Shown here piece after piece: positions 9,359-21,596 of a DNA stretch of 64,000 nucleotides. A program made the translations under genes and the position numbers. The notes under the pieces were generated by a model that made no database searches, had not been told where the DNA came from, and saw nothing but the letters and a program-made list of their open reading frames with translations. Position 1 is the first letter of the stretch. Every line of letters begins with the position of its first letter. This DNA comes from Endomicrobiales bacterium (GTDB lineage: Bacteria > Elusimicrobiota > Endomicrobiia > Endomicrobiales > CAWCFT01), in the NCBI GenBank assembly GCA_963794945.1, contig CAWCFT010000005.1, positions 1-64,000 on the forward strand, given 5' to 3'.

Positions 9359-9500
9359 AATGGAAGACGAGATTGCTCTCCATGCTTTTGGAGAGTCTTC
9401 GACTTCACCCGGAGCCTGCCCTCTTCGGAGGGGGTTCGCAAAGACAGCTTGTTTTAATGGGTTTTCAACGATCTCAAATCCTAAAATGGCACAAGCTCAA

Positions 9501-10356
9501 CTAACTTTTGTATACCGCTTTTTTATTTGAATATTTTATCCACCAGAGCGGGTCGACGGCGTCGCCCTGGAGGTAGATGCCGAAGTGAAGGTGCGGGCCC
9601 GTAGCCCAGCCGGACTTGCCGGTTTCGGCCACCGCTTCCCCCCTGGCGACCGTGTCGCCCTCCTGCTTAAGGAACTTGTTGAGATGGAAGTAACAGCTGA
9701 CCACGCCCTGCCCGTGGTCTATCATCATTATGTTGCCGTAAACGCTGAGGCCAGCTGCGCGCGAAGATTATTTTTCCGCTGTTGACAGCCTTTACCTGCG
9801 TGCCCACTGAAGCCGAATAGTCGATGCCCTTGTGGTAGTACTGGTAAGTAGTCGCCTTGCGCAGCTGCGCGAACTTTGTGGATATTTTCGTTTTTACCGG
9901 CGGGATGAAACCTTTGGTCCAGAGCCTGGCATCCGTCTTTGTGTGCAGTGTTTTGAGCACGAGATCGTTCTGGGATTCTACCATTGGCTCGGCGGCCCGC
10001 ATCTTTTCGTCAGATTCCATGAGCTTGATGGCTTGTATCTTGCGCCTGGCAACTTTAATACTGGCCGCTTTTTGACCGGAAGTATTGCCGCCGACGATAT
10101 CCTTAATTATTATTGTTTTGTTGCCGGCGTCGTCTATCTTTACCGGCAGGAATATATGTTCCTTGCCCTCGCCCGCTTCGTAGGGACGGTAGGTTTTATC
10201 GTTATAAGTTATCTCGTAGTAGCCGGTGGTTTTGCCGGATATCGTCAGCAAAAAACCTGTGCCTCCTGCGGGTTTTGAAGGCATAACAACGACATCGAAA
10301 GCGCCAAGCGGCGCCTGGCACAGGAACACAATTAATAATAAAAACAGCTTTTTCAT
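9501..10356 (-). CDS. M23 family metallopeptidase (frameshift near 9755)
   Basis: Signal peptide and HKGID in one ORF; DHGQG...YFHL...TGPHLHF in the overlapping ORF. Confidence 0.85.
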
Positions 10357-10365
10357 TAGGCTAAT

Positions 10366-10933
10366 TTAGAACGCCACTTTCGGGGCCTGTTTGGCAGCGG
10401 TCTCGGCTTTGAAATAGACATCCTTTTTCTCGAAGTGGCCGAACCCGGCGATTATGCTGCCCGGGAAGCGCTGGATGACGACGTTGTACGCGAGCGCAAC
10501 GTTGTTGTACCTCTGCCTGGCAACCGCGAGGCGGTTTTCCGTCCCGGCGAGCTCGTCCTGCAGGGCTATGAAGTTCTCGTTAGCTTTTAAGTTGGGGTAG
10601 TTCTCGACAATCACCAGCAGGCGCGACAACGCCGAGTCAACTTCCTGGTTAGCGTTGATCTTTTCTTTTATGGTCTGGGCTCCGGCAAGCTTGGCCCTGG
10701 CGGCGGCGATGTTCTCGAATATCTCTTTTTCATGGCTCGCGTAGCCTTTCACCGTGTTGACGAGGTTCGGTATAAGGTCGTTCCTGCGCTGGAGCTGGTT
10801 ATCAACTTCCGACCAGGCACCGGTGATGCTCTCGTTGAGGGTTACCATGCTGTTGTACATGCTAACACAGCTTCCAACGATCATAATAACAACTACGGCA
10901 ACAACACCAAGAACAATCGAGCAGCTTCTTCAT
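10366..10933 (-). CDS. lemA: LemA family protein (N-terminal frameshift)
   Basis: QRRNDLIPNLV, ENYPNLKAN, TENRLAVAR; MKKLL start at 10933 is one base out of frame. Confidence 0.92.
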
Positions 10934-10952
10934 AACATTGTCTCCTCTTGAA

Positions 10953-11660
10953 TTAATTTAGATCGTCCATGAAATTTACCGCTTTCTCTAATTGCGTGAG
11001 GTACTCGCCCATGAGGCGCTCGGTATCTTTGTTAAGGTCGTCCTTGGCGCCGTTCTTGAGGCGGTACGCCGACACGAACACGTCCGGCGAGAAACCCGCG
11101 TGTTTGCTGATGACCTCGAGCGCTTCCAGCTTCTTTTCGGGCGGCTCCTGGTTTAAAAGCCACACGCTGTGCTGAAGTATCACGAGGATCGACGAGATGG
11201 AACCAGTTATGATCTCTTTAATCCTCGACTCTTTGCCGCGGGCGGCGAGATACGCCTGCCGGAGGGCGAGCAGCTTGCCTTTGAGCTCGAACTCGCACTG
11301 GTGGCGCAGGTTGCTCATGTCTACCTTGACGCCCTGAAGCGGGTCGTCGCCGTAAAGAACCTTGTGATGGGCTTTCATGTCGAGGAACTCTATAGGGAAC
11401 ACATCATTTGATTTGTCGAACATTCTGGCGCTGAACACCTGGGGCGGCGGGCTGCCTGCCTTTATCCAGTCCGCCGTCAGCGGCGCGAGCTTTTGCTGGT
11501 TAACGAAGCTCGCGTCGTTCAATATTACCAATGTGTTATAGTCCGAACACTTGCCGCCAATATCGCCGTTCGCTTTTGAACCGTAAAGCATCACGGACTT
11601 AAGCTGATCGCCGAAAGCTTCCTTTATTTTCCCCACCATGGCTTGAAGTTTTTCTTCCAT
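10953..11660 (-). CDS. Nucleotidyltransferase-like protein in the LemA/TPM cluster
   Basis: LYGS...SDYN, DVFPIEFLDM. Confidence 0.7.
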   Translation of the reverse strand: MEEKLQAMVGKIKEAFGDQLKSVMLYGSKANGDIGGKCSDYNTLVILNDASFVNQQKLAPLTADWIKAGSPPPQVFSARMFDKSNDVFPIEFLDMKAHHKVLYGDDPLQGVKVDMSNLRHQCEFELKGKLLALRQAYLAARGKESRIKEIITGSISSILVILQHSVWLLNQEPPEKKLEALEVISKHAGFSPDVFVSAYRLKNGAKDDLNKDTERLMGEYLTQLEKAVNFMDDLN

Positions 11661-11734
11661 AACCGCTCCTTATAAGAGGCAATCTCTAATATCGAATCTC
11701 GAAATCCGAAATGACAACAGTAAACAAATCGCGT

Positions 11735-12480
11735 TTACCAGCCGCGGGACGCGCCTCCACCGCCGCTCATGCCGCCGCCAAAACCGCCGAAGCCTCCCCC
11801 GCCAAAACCGCCGCCTCCCGGACCCGCGGCCCCTGCCGCCAAAAAACAGCAGGAATAATATCGGGTGACGGATAAATACAATTACCGCTATCACAAGGAA
11901 AATAAGTTTTAATATGACACCGATGCCAGCTGCCGCGCTGAGGCTGGTTTTCCTCAACAGGGACCAAAACAACACCTGTTAACTGGACGTTGGCGTCCTG
12001 GGCGATAACTGAAGCCACGGCGTTCGTGCCCGCCGCGAGCCCCTTGCCGTACGCGCCCGCGCGGAAATCCGGGAGGATATAAGTGTCGATTATCGCGCCG
12101 CACTTTGCGTCGTTCAATATCCCTTCGAGGCCGTAACCGACCTCTATGCGGACCTTCTTTTCGTTCAAGGCGGCTATGAGAAGCACACCGTTGTCTTTAC
12201 CCTTTTTTCCTATGCCCCACTCTTTGAAGAGGTCTACCGCGGTCTGCTCGATGCTGTCGTCGCCGATGGTCTTGAGCGTCACTACGGCTATCTCTGAAGA
12301 GGTTTTGTCGTCCAGCTCTTTGGCGACGGCCGACATCTTTTCGCGCGATCCTTCGTCAATTACACCGGCAAAATCGGAAACATACCCAAGCGGCTGCGGG
12401 AACCTTCCCGCCAAAACAACGTCCGGGCGCGCGCCAACACCCAACAATACCAGCGCGAGGGTTATCAATATCCTTTTCAT
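11735..12480 (-). CDS. TPM domain protein with Gly-rich tail (frameshifted)
   Basis: WGIGKKGKDNGVLL, RIEVGYGLEG; GGFGGGMSGGGGASRGW* tail in another frame. Confidence 0.9.
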
Positions 12481-12722
12481 TTATATCCTTTTATCCTTTG
12501 GCGTACAATGTGATTATATCACAATTTGACTGCCTCGGCAACCCAGCCCGCCGGTTGATTTATTTTATTGTATTATCAATGCGTTTTTTATGTGCTCGCT
12601 TTATCCGGGCCCAATTTCGCTACGCGAGTATCACACATTTCTCTAATATTTCACCGATGTTTTCATGGCTTTTCAATCGTTAAAAGTAAGATATTACCAG
12701 CAGGAAAAGGAGAGTGATCATC

Positions 12723-12938
12723 ATGTCACTACAAGAATTCATTAAAATGGAATCGCAAGCCCTGAGGATCGTTGAGAACAAGGACCGGTCGATGGTTTGG
12801 AAGGCTGTCGAATGCGGAGCGATGGAAAAGGTCAGGAACTTCGCTGAAAGCCAGAATTATAATGTGACGCTTAACGACATCACCAGTATCATCTGGGTAG
12901 AGCTTTGTGATTATTTATCGCAAACTGAACTATCGTAA
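12723..12938 (+). CDS. Small hypothetical protein
   Basis: AGGAGA RBS, 71-codon ORF convergent on the phosphomutase gene. Confidence 0.5.
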   Translation: MSLQEFIKMESQALRIVENKDRSMVWKAVECGAMEKVRNFAESQNYNVTLNDITSIIWVELCDYLSQTELS

Positions 12939-12941
12939 CGG

Positions 12942-14340
12942 TCAGGACTGCAGGTCGGAAAAAGCCTTTTTTCCCCAGGCTATTATCTTCTTTGTCTTCT
13001 CTATGTTCTCCGCCTCGGCGTAAACCCTAACGAGCGGCTCGGTGCCGGAAGGCCTGAGCAAGAGCCACGAATCGTCCTCAAGCACGAACTCAACTCCGTC
13101 GTAATCCTTAACCTGCTTTACTTTTATACCTGCTATCTTGTCCGGCGTAATAGCTTTGATGCTCTCGACAAATTCGTCTTTAGGTATGCCGGGATTCTTA
13201 AAATCGGTGCGAAGGTACACCGAAGAACCGTACTTCCTCTGCATCTCGCTAACAAGCGCCGAAAGTGATTTGCCTGTAACGGCGAGCATTTCTATTATCA
13301 TCATGGAGTTTAATATGCCGTCCCTTTCAGGAAGGTAATCGCCGTAGCCGTAGCCGCCGCTTTCTTCACCGCCGATCAATATATTCTCGTCGAGTATCTT
13401 CTGGGCAATGTATTTGAACCCTACCGGAACCTCTTCGAACTTAAGGCCGAAATCCTGCGCTATCCTTTCGCTTAAGTACCCGAGAGATATAGACTGCACC
13501 ACTTTGCCCTTTTCCCCCTTGTAGCGGCAGAGGTAGTACAACAACAGCGGAAACACCTGGTGAGGGGTTAGATAAGTGCCTTTCTCGTCGACTACGCCTA
13601 TCCTGTCCGCGTCGCCGTCTACTGCGAGGCCCGCCGCGACGCCGCTGCGCTTAACCTCTTTCTTGAGGTCGGCTAAATTAATTTCGATGGGTTCCGGATG
13701 GAGCCCGCCGAACATGGGGTCGGGATTCGAGTGTATCTCTATAAGCTCTATATTAGAATTCTTTAAAATGTGTTTTACACAAACCGGCGCCCGGGCCGTA
13801 CATGGGGTCCGCTATAACCCGTAAGTGTTTACGCTTTATGGCGCGCAGGTCAATCTTTGAGGAGACCCGTTTGAGGTAGCCTTTGACAAGGTCCTTGTTC
13901 TCGATCTTGCCAGGGGTTACCGCTTTTCCGTCAGGCGCGCCAAGAAGCTCTTCGAAGCGTTTTGTGACACTCTCGGGCGCGGAGCAGCCGTCGAACGTTT
14001 TATATTTTATGCCGTTGAATATAGGAGGGTTGTGGCTCGCCGAGATCATTACCCCGCCAAATGCTTTCAATTCAACAACACTGGAAGAAAGCGCCGGCGT
14101 GGTTATACAGTTTTCCGCGATCACGACGTTGCAGCCGTTCTTTGAAAGCTCGTCCGCGACCGTCTGGGCGAAGTATTTCGAATGGAACCTGGTGTCGTAT
14201 CCAACCGTTAAAAGCGGCTGTTTCCCCGCTGACTTCTCAACCGCGTACTTCGCTATCGCTTTAGCGGCTATACGCACGTTGCTTGTGGTAAAATCATCGG
14301 CAATTACGCCTCTCCAGCCGTCCGTCCCGAATTTTATCAT
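12942..14340 (-). CDS. Phosphoglucomutase/phosphomannomutase (frameshift near 13770)
   Basis: FGTDGWRG, SASHNP, DGDADR, GEESGG, RPSGTEP across two ORFs. Confidence 0.93.
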
Positions 14341-14342
14341 GA

Positions 14343-17010
14343 TCAGTTATCCAAAACCACGTCTACCGTGTGCCTGCCTTCTTTGAACGGCGAGATAAGG
14401 TTACCCTTTATCTCGTTGCCGTCAACGGTTATCTTTTTTACAGACGTGTTTTTCTTGAGAGCCGTGTTGTGGAACTTTATGTCGTATTCCGCGCCTCTGA
14501 AGTGGATCGCGAGCCCGGTTTCCGCGAAAGCCGGCGCCGACGGGAGACAGGGGTCGATCCTGAGGCCTTCCAGCTCTCCCCTGACGCCGAAGAAATAGTT
14601 CTGGAAGACGAACCTTGTCCAGCCGGCCGAAGCCGTAAGCAGAGGGTATTCCCCCCTTCCGGGCCAGTTGGGGTTGTCGGACGAAATATAGTATTCAGGT
14701 ATCCAAGGGCCGGTCCTTAATATCTCCTGGGGATGCTCGAGAGGGTTGATGCCCGAAAATATCTTGTATGCCTCGTCGGCCCTGCGCCTTCTTAAAAGCG
14801 CGTACACCATGAAAAGGTTGGCGTGGCAGAATATGGCGTTGTTCTCTTTCGTGCCGGCTGCGAAACCTGTGATACGCCCGACATTCTTGTCGAACTTGAG
14901 GTACGGCGGGTAGTTGAGCTTGAGGCCGCCGACTTCCTTATCAGCGAGCACACGGCCCACAGTCTTTAGCACCTCATCAACTTTTCCGATCTCGTCCGCC
15001 GCGCCCGACAAGAGCGACCACGTCTGCGGCATAAGCATCATAACGAAATCGTCGGTCGTAGGGTCGGCCTTCTTTGTGGCGTTGGGAATAAATATCTCGT
15101 CAACGGCCTTGCCGTCGCCGTGGAAATAACCCGTGTAATATTCGCCTGTCCAGGCTATCTTGTTGACATTGCTGATGGTGGCCTTGGCTTTTGCCCTGAG
15201 GTCGTTGATAAGCTTGCGGGCGGATATTTTCACTTTCTTGCCGCTTGTCTCGTTGTTGACGTACTCAAGGAAATTGATGAGTTTCCTCTGGCGGACATCG
15301 TAAGACGAATCGATTATGTCTTCTTCTGGAGTGTTCTCTATGAGGTCCGCGAGCTCTTCGAATATCTCGATGTCCTGCAACGCACCCTTCTTTTCAAGGT
15401 ACTCGATAAAATTAGCAAGCTCGTTGCAGTCCTGGGCGAGGCCGAGCGAAAACGTGACGTTTTCGCCTTTTACCTGATCAACCGCGTCATTCCAGTCAGC
15501 GCGTTTTTGTTTAAGAAGTTATTGTTGCCGACATCGTAGAACATGGTAAGAGCTGAGACAAGAAGGTGTTCAAGGACGGTCCCTTTATATACCTCCGTTC
15601 TTTATCTTCTGCGTTCTATGAGCCCCTGAGGCCAGGAAATATCTTTATCTTCGCCTCTGTTGCGGTAAGAGTCTTTAAAGTAGGCTATCCCTTCGCTAAA
15701 AATGAAACTCGGGTCGCCCAAGAAATTTATAAGCACAAGCACTGTCTGAGTTGTCCAGTAGGGGTGGTCGCACCACAGGCCGTTAACCTCATCGCTGCCG
15801 AACTCCTTGGTGCGGGCGAAAAACCGAGTCGCGTTTGTGCCGTCCAGCCGTATGCCTTCAAGGGTATGAAGCGTGCGCTTCTCAAGCCCTTCGGGGTCGA
15901 TTACCGTGGCGGCCATCATATCCTGCCAGAAGTCGCGCCAGCCCGCGAAAAATCTGAGCCGTAATCGAACTGAGGATGGCCGGTATTGCCAAACCAGTAC
16001 CGCATCGAAAGCTGGTAGCCCCACCAGCGGTTCCAAAGAATATTGAGCTCACGGCTGCCGGTCTCTATCTTAACGCGGCTTGAGCGCTCATCCCAAAAAT
16101 CATTTAATTTTTCAAGCGAATTTAACGAATCCTTGTATGAGGCTTCCCTCGCGGCTTTTTCAGTTTCTTCATCGTTATGGCTTATACCGTTTGAGACCGC
16201 GAATTTAACGGTTTCACCGGGTTTAAGGCTTATTCCTTTGAATTCTATAGCGCCTACGGCATCTTTGCCCAGACATTGGAATTTTGGAGGTTTGTTATTG
16301 ATTATTGCTTCGGGATATTCCCAGGAACCGTTCCCAAGGAAAGTTTCCCTGTCCGAATAGAGCCTTGTTCCCTTCTTACCTTTGTCCGTTTCGGCGGTCA
16401 TATAGTAGCAGATGCCGCTTGAGTTGGTCTTTCCTTCCACCCACTCAAGGCCCGGGAGTATCTCAATACGGTCTGTCACCCTGCTTTTGTTGTAAAGCCT
16501 TACGACATCCCTGTGGTACTCGGTGTAAGCTCTGTTTCCGGCGTATATAGGAACTGCGGGTATAAAATCAATTGTCTTTTTGTTATTTGAAAAATTCTCG
16601 ATTTCTACTATCCAAACTTCCGCCATTTCTTCTAGCGGCACGAAAACTGTGGCCTTCACGCCAATACCATGCCTGGCGTTATTAGATTTGAGCGTAACAT
16701 AGCCCATCCCCATGGTGAAAGAATGCTCGTCTTTGTTATCAGCAGACAAATGGTTATTGGCAAGCCAAGTGTCGCCATTTTCTAATCTCAGCCACAGGAA
16801 CCTGCCGTTCTCTTTGGGAAAGAACTGCCCGTCGAACTCGCCGAACATCCTCGTGTAATCGAACCCGCTGAAACCCCTGAGGTAATTATCACAGATGGAA
16901 AAATATTGCGGGCAGTTGGCGAGCATATGCACAAGAGGCTGCGGCAATGAACCGCAGTCAGCTCGCTATCGCACTCACCCAACTTGTCATAGTTCCACAA
17001 TTTGAGACAT
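14343..17010 (-). CDS. GH94 glycoside phosphorylase, laminaribiose phosphorylase-like (several frameshifts)
   Basis: GWRDFWQD, ADWNDA near 15490, ENNAIFCHA, LTASAGW, GLRIDP spread over several frames. Confidence 0.8.
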
Positions 17011-17023
17011 CGATTAGCTCCCT

Positions 17024-17402
17024 TTATTTTTTACCAGCTATTTTAGTATTTGCGACGCGGTTATAATCGTCTTCAAGCCTTACAACATCGTCAAGTTCCG
17101 GGTGTTGAGACTTCAACCAGTCGGCAATTCTCCAGAGCTTCCATCCTGTGTATGGTTTTTGGAGGCAGGTGAAAGACCGCTCCGGTCGTGATGACTTTGT
17201 TTTTAAGTTTTCCTATTCTTGCCTATAAGCAGTTTAAGTATCCCGTTTTCAAGATAAAGTGTTTCTTCTTTTTTAACATGAACTGAAGGCTGAGGCGGTG
17301 CCCTTTCCTATAATAAGTATCTTACCCGCGTACTTATTTGTCAGTGCGAAAAGCCTTTCTTCGCCCCACGGTTTCTTCTGTTATTCTTACCTTTACAGGC
17401 AT
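17024..17402 (-). CDS. Cupin, mannose-6-phosphate isomerase type II-like (frameshifted, not in ORF track)
   Basis: Manual translation gives KPWGEE..FA...YAGKILII..GHRLSLQ..HVKKEET and ELDDVVRLEDDYNR. Confidence 0.75.
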
Positions 17403-17462
17403 TTTGTACCGCCTCTCGAAAGTTTAAAACAATCCGCATATTATAGAAAATATTACTCTTAT

Positions 17463-17491
17463 TTGACAAGTTAGCATGATTTTGGTTTAAT
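17463..17491 (+). promoter_or_regulatory. Sigma70-like promoter, probably leaderless
   Basis: TTGACA-17 nt-TTTAAT; ATG at 17499. Confidence 0.6.
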
Positions 17492-17498
17492 CAATATC

Positions 17499-17996
17499 AT
17501 GAAAACAAAAGAAAAATACTAACCGGCCTGATTGGGACAGCTATTTTATGAAACTTGCCATGCTTGTCGCGGAACGTTCCACTTGCCTAAGGCACCACGT
17601 TGGAGCGGTTATAGTGAGGGACAAAAGCGCATACTTACGACCGGATACAACGGCGCCGCCAAGGCGTGAAAGACTGCCAGGAGCTTGGATGCCTGAGAAA
17701 CGCACTGAAGATCCCCTCCGGCCAGCGCCACGAGATATGCAGGGCAATACACGCGGAACAGAACGCGATAATTCAGGCCGGGCTCCACGGGATAAGCATC
17801 AAGAATTCCACGATTTACTGCACGCATTCACCGTGCATACTGTGCGCGAAGATGCTGGTCAACGCCGGGATATCGCGCTTCGTTATGCTGCACCGAATAC
17901 CCGGATCCGGCCTCAAAAACTCTCTTTAAAGAAGCTAAAGTTAAATATGAAAAGATCAAGAAATGCCCGTCCCTTGAGATCACAGTCCTCGCCTAA
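17499..17996 (+). CDS. dCMP deaminase family protein (frameshifted)
   Basis: [26 protein letters not shown] across frames. Confidence 0.88.
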
Positions 17997-18419
17997 CCTC
18001 TACAAACCCGGCAGGATATTCGTAGGCAGGCTAAACCACAAAGACGACCTTCTCGCAGGGATAACCTCTCTCTGCAAAAAACAAAAGATCCACTGCGGAT
18101 ATATTTCTGTTATAGGCGCCGTTAGAGAATGCCAACCTTGGTTATTACGACCAGATTAAAAAGGCCTACACCGGCTGCGTCTCGTTAAAACAAAAACTTG
18201 AAATATGTTCAATGAACGGCAATGTCTCTATGAAAGATGGAGAAATATTTGTACATGCCCACATAACGCTGGCGGACCGCAAAGGGAGGGCTTACGGCGG
18301 ACATCTTATGCCAGGCACGATGGTGTTCGCCGGCTGAATACTTTATACTTGAGCTGCACGGAAAAAAACTCCACAGAGTCAAAGACCCGTCAACGGGCCT
18401 GCCTCTATGGAGCTTTTAA
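17963..18419 (+). CDS. PPC/DUF296 domain protein (frameshifted, start approximate)
   Basis: [25 protein letters not shown] motifs. Confidence 0.75.
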
Positions 18420-18485
18420 TACTCGCAATTAATATCCTTGCCTGCTCACCTGCTTAAATACAAATATTCCGGAATGATACCAGTA

Positions 18486-19556
18486 TTACTGCGGTTTCTG
18501 TTGCGCGGCTTCATTAACTATTTCCGCTTCTATACTAAACGCAGTCGTCTTGTTAACCTTCAAAGGCTTTGACATTGTCTCAAGCCTTTTCGCGATATCC
18601 GACGCTGTACCCCTTTTCATGTCTATATCGAGCTTGGCTGTAGTGTCAGAGTATTCCCTAACCTTGCAGTCGCGAACTTCTATAAGGGCGCGTACGGCCC
18701 TTACAAGATCGTTTAACTGGTTTAGGGATTCGATATTTGTCATTACAAGCTGTACCGTTGAACGTTCCTTTAAGTAAATAATTACAGTTTGCGGGAGGTC
18801 ACCCGCAACTTTGGCCCCGGCCCTTGAAAGCGCTGTAGTCGCTGCCGCTGCCTTCGCCACATCGACGCCTCCGAGTGTTTCTCTCGCGGTTGTTATAACG
18901 TCTTCGGAACCAGGCTTAATAGCCTTAACTGAGACTGTCGCCCGGTAAGATATCATACCGCCGAGCCCCTGGTCGGTATTGAACACCGCGTCAGCCCGCC
19001 CGGTAATGAGTATGTCAGGTTCACCAGCCTCTACTACGACAAAGCCTTTGTCGACGAACTTTTTCTTAAGCTCGTCCGCCGCGTAACTGGTTTTAGACTC
19101 AACACCATCGATGTATTCGTCTATCTTGAACACTACCACGGGGTTGCCTAGCATCTTGGGCTCTAGATCCAGCGACTTGATCTTCGCGGATAGATCCTCT
19201 TTCCTGACAAGAGCCTTTATCTGGGTCTTATAGAAGTCGCCGTCTTTCCATTCTTTGATCACATCATAACGTTCTATGTAGCCTTCAGTTTGTGAAGTTA
19301 TGTTGTCTTCGATAAGCATCGCTTTAGAGACAAGAGCCTCCTGCGACACATAAACTCCAATAACAAGGCCCAGCGCGTTCTTCATTGCTTCGTGAAGCGA
19401 TGTTTTCTTGGCGCCGGTTATATCGCCGTTAATTATCGGGGCCATGCCTTCAGCCGTTACTACTTCCGTATTCGGTGCAGTTGCCTTTATCACAGGCCTG
19501 GCCGATGCGCAACCGAACAACACAGCGCAAAGCGCAATGGACATGATTTTTCTCAT
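18486..19556 (-). CDS. Lipoprotein with FlgT N-terminal-like domain
   Basis: Lipobox LFGC; AEG.A...AKK..L..A..NAL...GVYV pattern. Confidence 0.65.
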   Translation of the reverse strand: MRKIMSIALCAVLFGCASARPVIKATAPNTEVVTAEGMAPIINGDITGAKKTSLHEAMKNALGLVIGVYVSQEALVSKAMLIEDNITSQTEGYIERYDVIKEWKDGDFYKTQIKALVRKEDLSAKIKSLDLEPKMLGNPVVVFKIDEYIDGVESKTSYAADELKKKFVDKGFVVVEAGEPDILITGRADAVFNTDQGLGGMISYRATVSVKAIKPGSEDVITTARETLGGVDVAKAAAATTALSRAGAKVAGDLPQTVIIYLKERSTVQLVMTNIESLNQLNDLVRAVRALIEVRDCKVREYSDTTAKLDIDMKRGTASDIAKRLETMSKPLKVNKTTAFSIEAEIVNEAAQQKPQ

Positions 19557-19587
19557 TCTGAAACCTCTTTTGAGTGTTAACTCAATA

Positions 19588-20058
19588 TTATTCTTTGATC
19601 ATTTTCAGGCCCATGTCTTTTAGCGCCTTTTTACCCAGCCTTAAAACTACTACGCAGCCATCATCCGCGGTCCATTCGCTTCTGACAACCTGTGCGCCTT
19701 TGATGACGGCATCGATGCTTGTGGCCAGCACAGAGTCCGTTTCCATGGCTTTTTCAACTGTAATACCACCTTCGAGTTTGACACCTTTAATTACAGAAAG
19801 CATGTTATACTGGGCATTGACTATCGAAGCGTTCCTTGATGTGGCCATTCTCTGGGTCTTATTATCCATCTTCTGGTCAGCCGCGCCTATCCCGCGGGCA
19901 AATATGAAGTTATCGGTTATACCCTGTTCAACCCACTCGCGTTCGATCTCTCCGTTTTTTGAAACCGTGCTCTTGGCAGGGTTTGACGCGCAACCGTTGA
20001 ACAGAACTACACCAATAACCAGAACAAACGCTGATACACTGCACAGAACTTTCCTCAT
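19588..20058 (-). CDS. LPP20-like lipoprotein
   Basis: Lipobox FNGC; ARGIGAA...A.RNA...A; IKGAQVV. Confidence 0.65.
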   Translation of the reverse strand: MRKVLCSVSAFVLVIGVVLFNGCASNPAKSTVSKNGEIEREWVEQGITDNFIFARGIGAADQKMDNKTQRMATSRNASIVNAQYNMLSVIKGVKLEGGITVEKAMETDSVLATSIDAVIKGAQVVRSEWTADDGCVVVLRLGKKALKDMGLKMIKE

Positions 20059-20103
20059 GACTTCCTCCTCCGTATAGATTTTACTTCCGCTGCTATTATA
20101 ATA

Positions 20104-21596
20104 CTATTTTACACCTTGCGCTATCATAAAAACCGCCAATGTGATAAAAAACACACCCATTGTGACTTTCATCGCCACAATATTGTCCTTAAAGAACCGC
20201 TTGAGCGCCAAAGTAGTCATGCCGAAATAATACATACCGAAGATAACTATTAATGGCACAACGAACAGGAAACAGTAAAACGCAAGATAAATGTACGCGG
20301 TCATTCTGTATTGTGGTATTGACGTAAGATAAATTATTGCCGGGAGATAAACCTGCCCGGTACACACAAGCTCTAACAACGTGATTATAACGGCAAGCAA
20401 AAAAACGAATGGCAATATAAATTTTAAACCCGTGAGCCTCGTTATTAGTTTTTCTATACTTCTTCGTATCCAGCCCGGGAGTTTCATCTTTACTTCATCG
20501 TCGTCCATATTTCCGGTCTTTTTAAGGAGCGCTGCTTCATATATATGCCTCGCCGCTAAATAAAGGACGAATATTCCTATTGCCAGATAAAGTATTTTTG
20601 AATATTTGAGTATGTCTGTCAATCCCAGCACAGCACTGAAAATACCTATTCCTATAAAGAAATACGTTACATAAACCCCGATGATAAATACAACTCCTGC
20701 TAGAAAAACCTCTAACCTTGATTTTTTTAAAACCAGGCTCATATAGCTCAAAAAGAACACGATAGTCGCGAACGCGCAAGGGTTAATGCTATCAACAAGC
20801 CCAGCTAATATTACAGGCAAGCCTTTAAGCTTACTTGCTGCCTCAGCTGCTCCGATTGCGCCGCCTGAACCACCAGTAGAAACCGGCAATTCCGCTACTT
20901 CGCTGTTCTTAATAATATTGTCTAAATTCCCGACTATCTCATCTTTGCCGCTAAATATGGTGCCGCCGGCATAGATGATAGGAAGTTTATTTAACGGCTT
21001 CCCCAGCCTTTTTTCTATCTCGAGAAGTTTTTCATAATTCTTCGGGTCATCAAGCGACAACAACCGGATCTCTACCTTTATACCGTATTTCTTTGCGTAC
21101 TCGGGCATTGTCTCCGATTCTATCTTCTTACAGATGCCGCATCCCGGTGAAGCAAAAATAACTACCCTTGCTGTCTTTTTAACTTGTACATCATTTATTG
21201 TCTTTTCATTATCAATCTGCGGTACCGTATTGCCTTCTATTTCACCGAATATTCTGACCGCTGAATACGGTTTTTCGTTATCATTAGCCTGGACATACAC
21301 TTGTTTATCAAATAGGCCGGAATACCCTTCTGTATCAACTTTAATTATTATATCCTGAGAAGCCCCCGCTTTAAGCTTGATCAAAGAGGGTTCGGCAGTT
21401 ATGCAGTCGCATGAAGGCCTGATGCCTGCTTCCAGTGGTTTCAAGGAACTGTTTTTTATCTTAAACGAGGAAGTGCCGCGGACTCACCCTCGCGCACTTT
21501 TCCAAAGTTCAGTTCATCTTTATCGATTTCGATTGCATAGGCTAGCGCGCAATGGAAAAGGATTGCAATGACGATACATATATTTTTAAGATCCAT
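20104..21596 (-). CDS. DUF1573 + glutaredoxin-like + CcdA/DsbD-type membrane domain fusion (N-terminal frameshift)
   Basis: PSCDC, CGIC, GLVDSINPCAF, LELVCTGQVY, multiple transmembrane helices. Confidence 0.8.

Noticed and set aside
9500..18419. Programmed frameshifting or stop-codon recoding
   Set aside because: The breaks are frame changes at varied sequence contexts in unrelated genes; assembly error is the simpler explanation.
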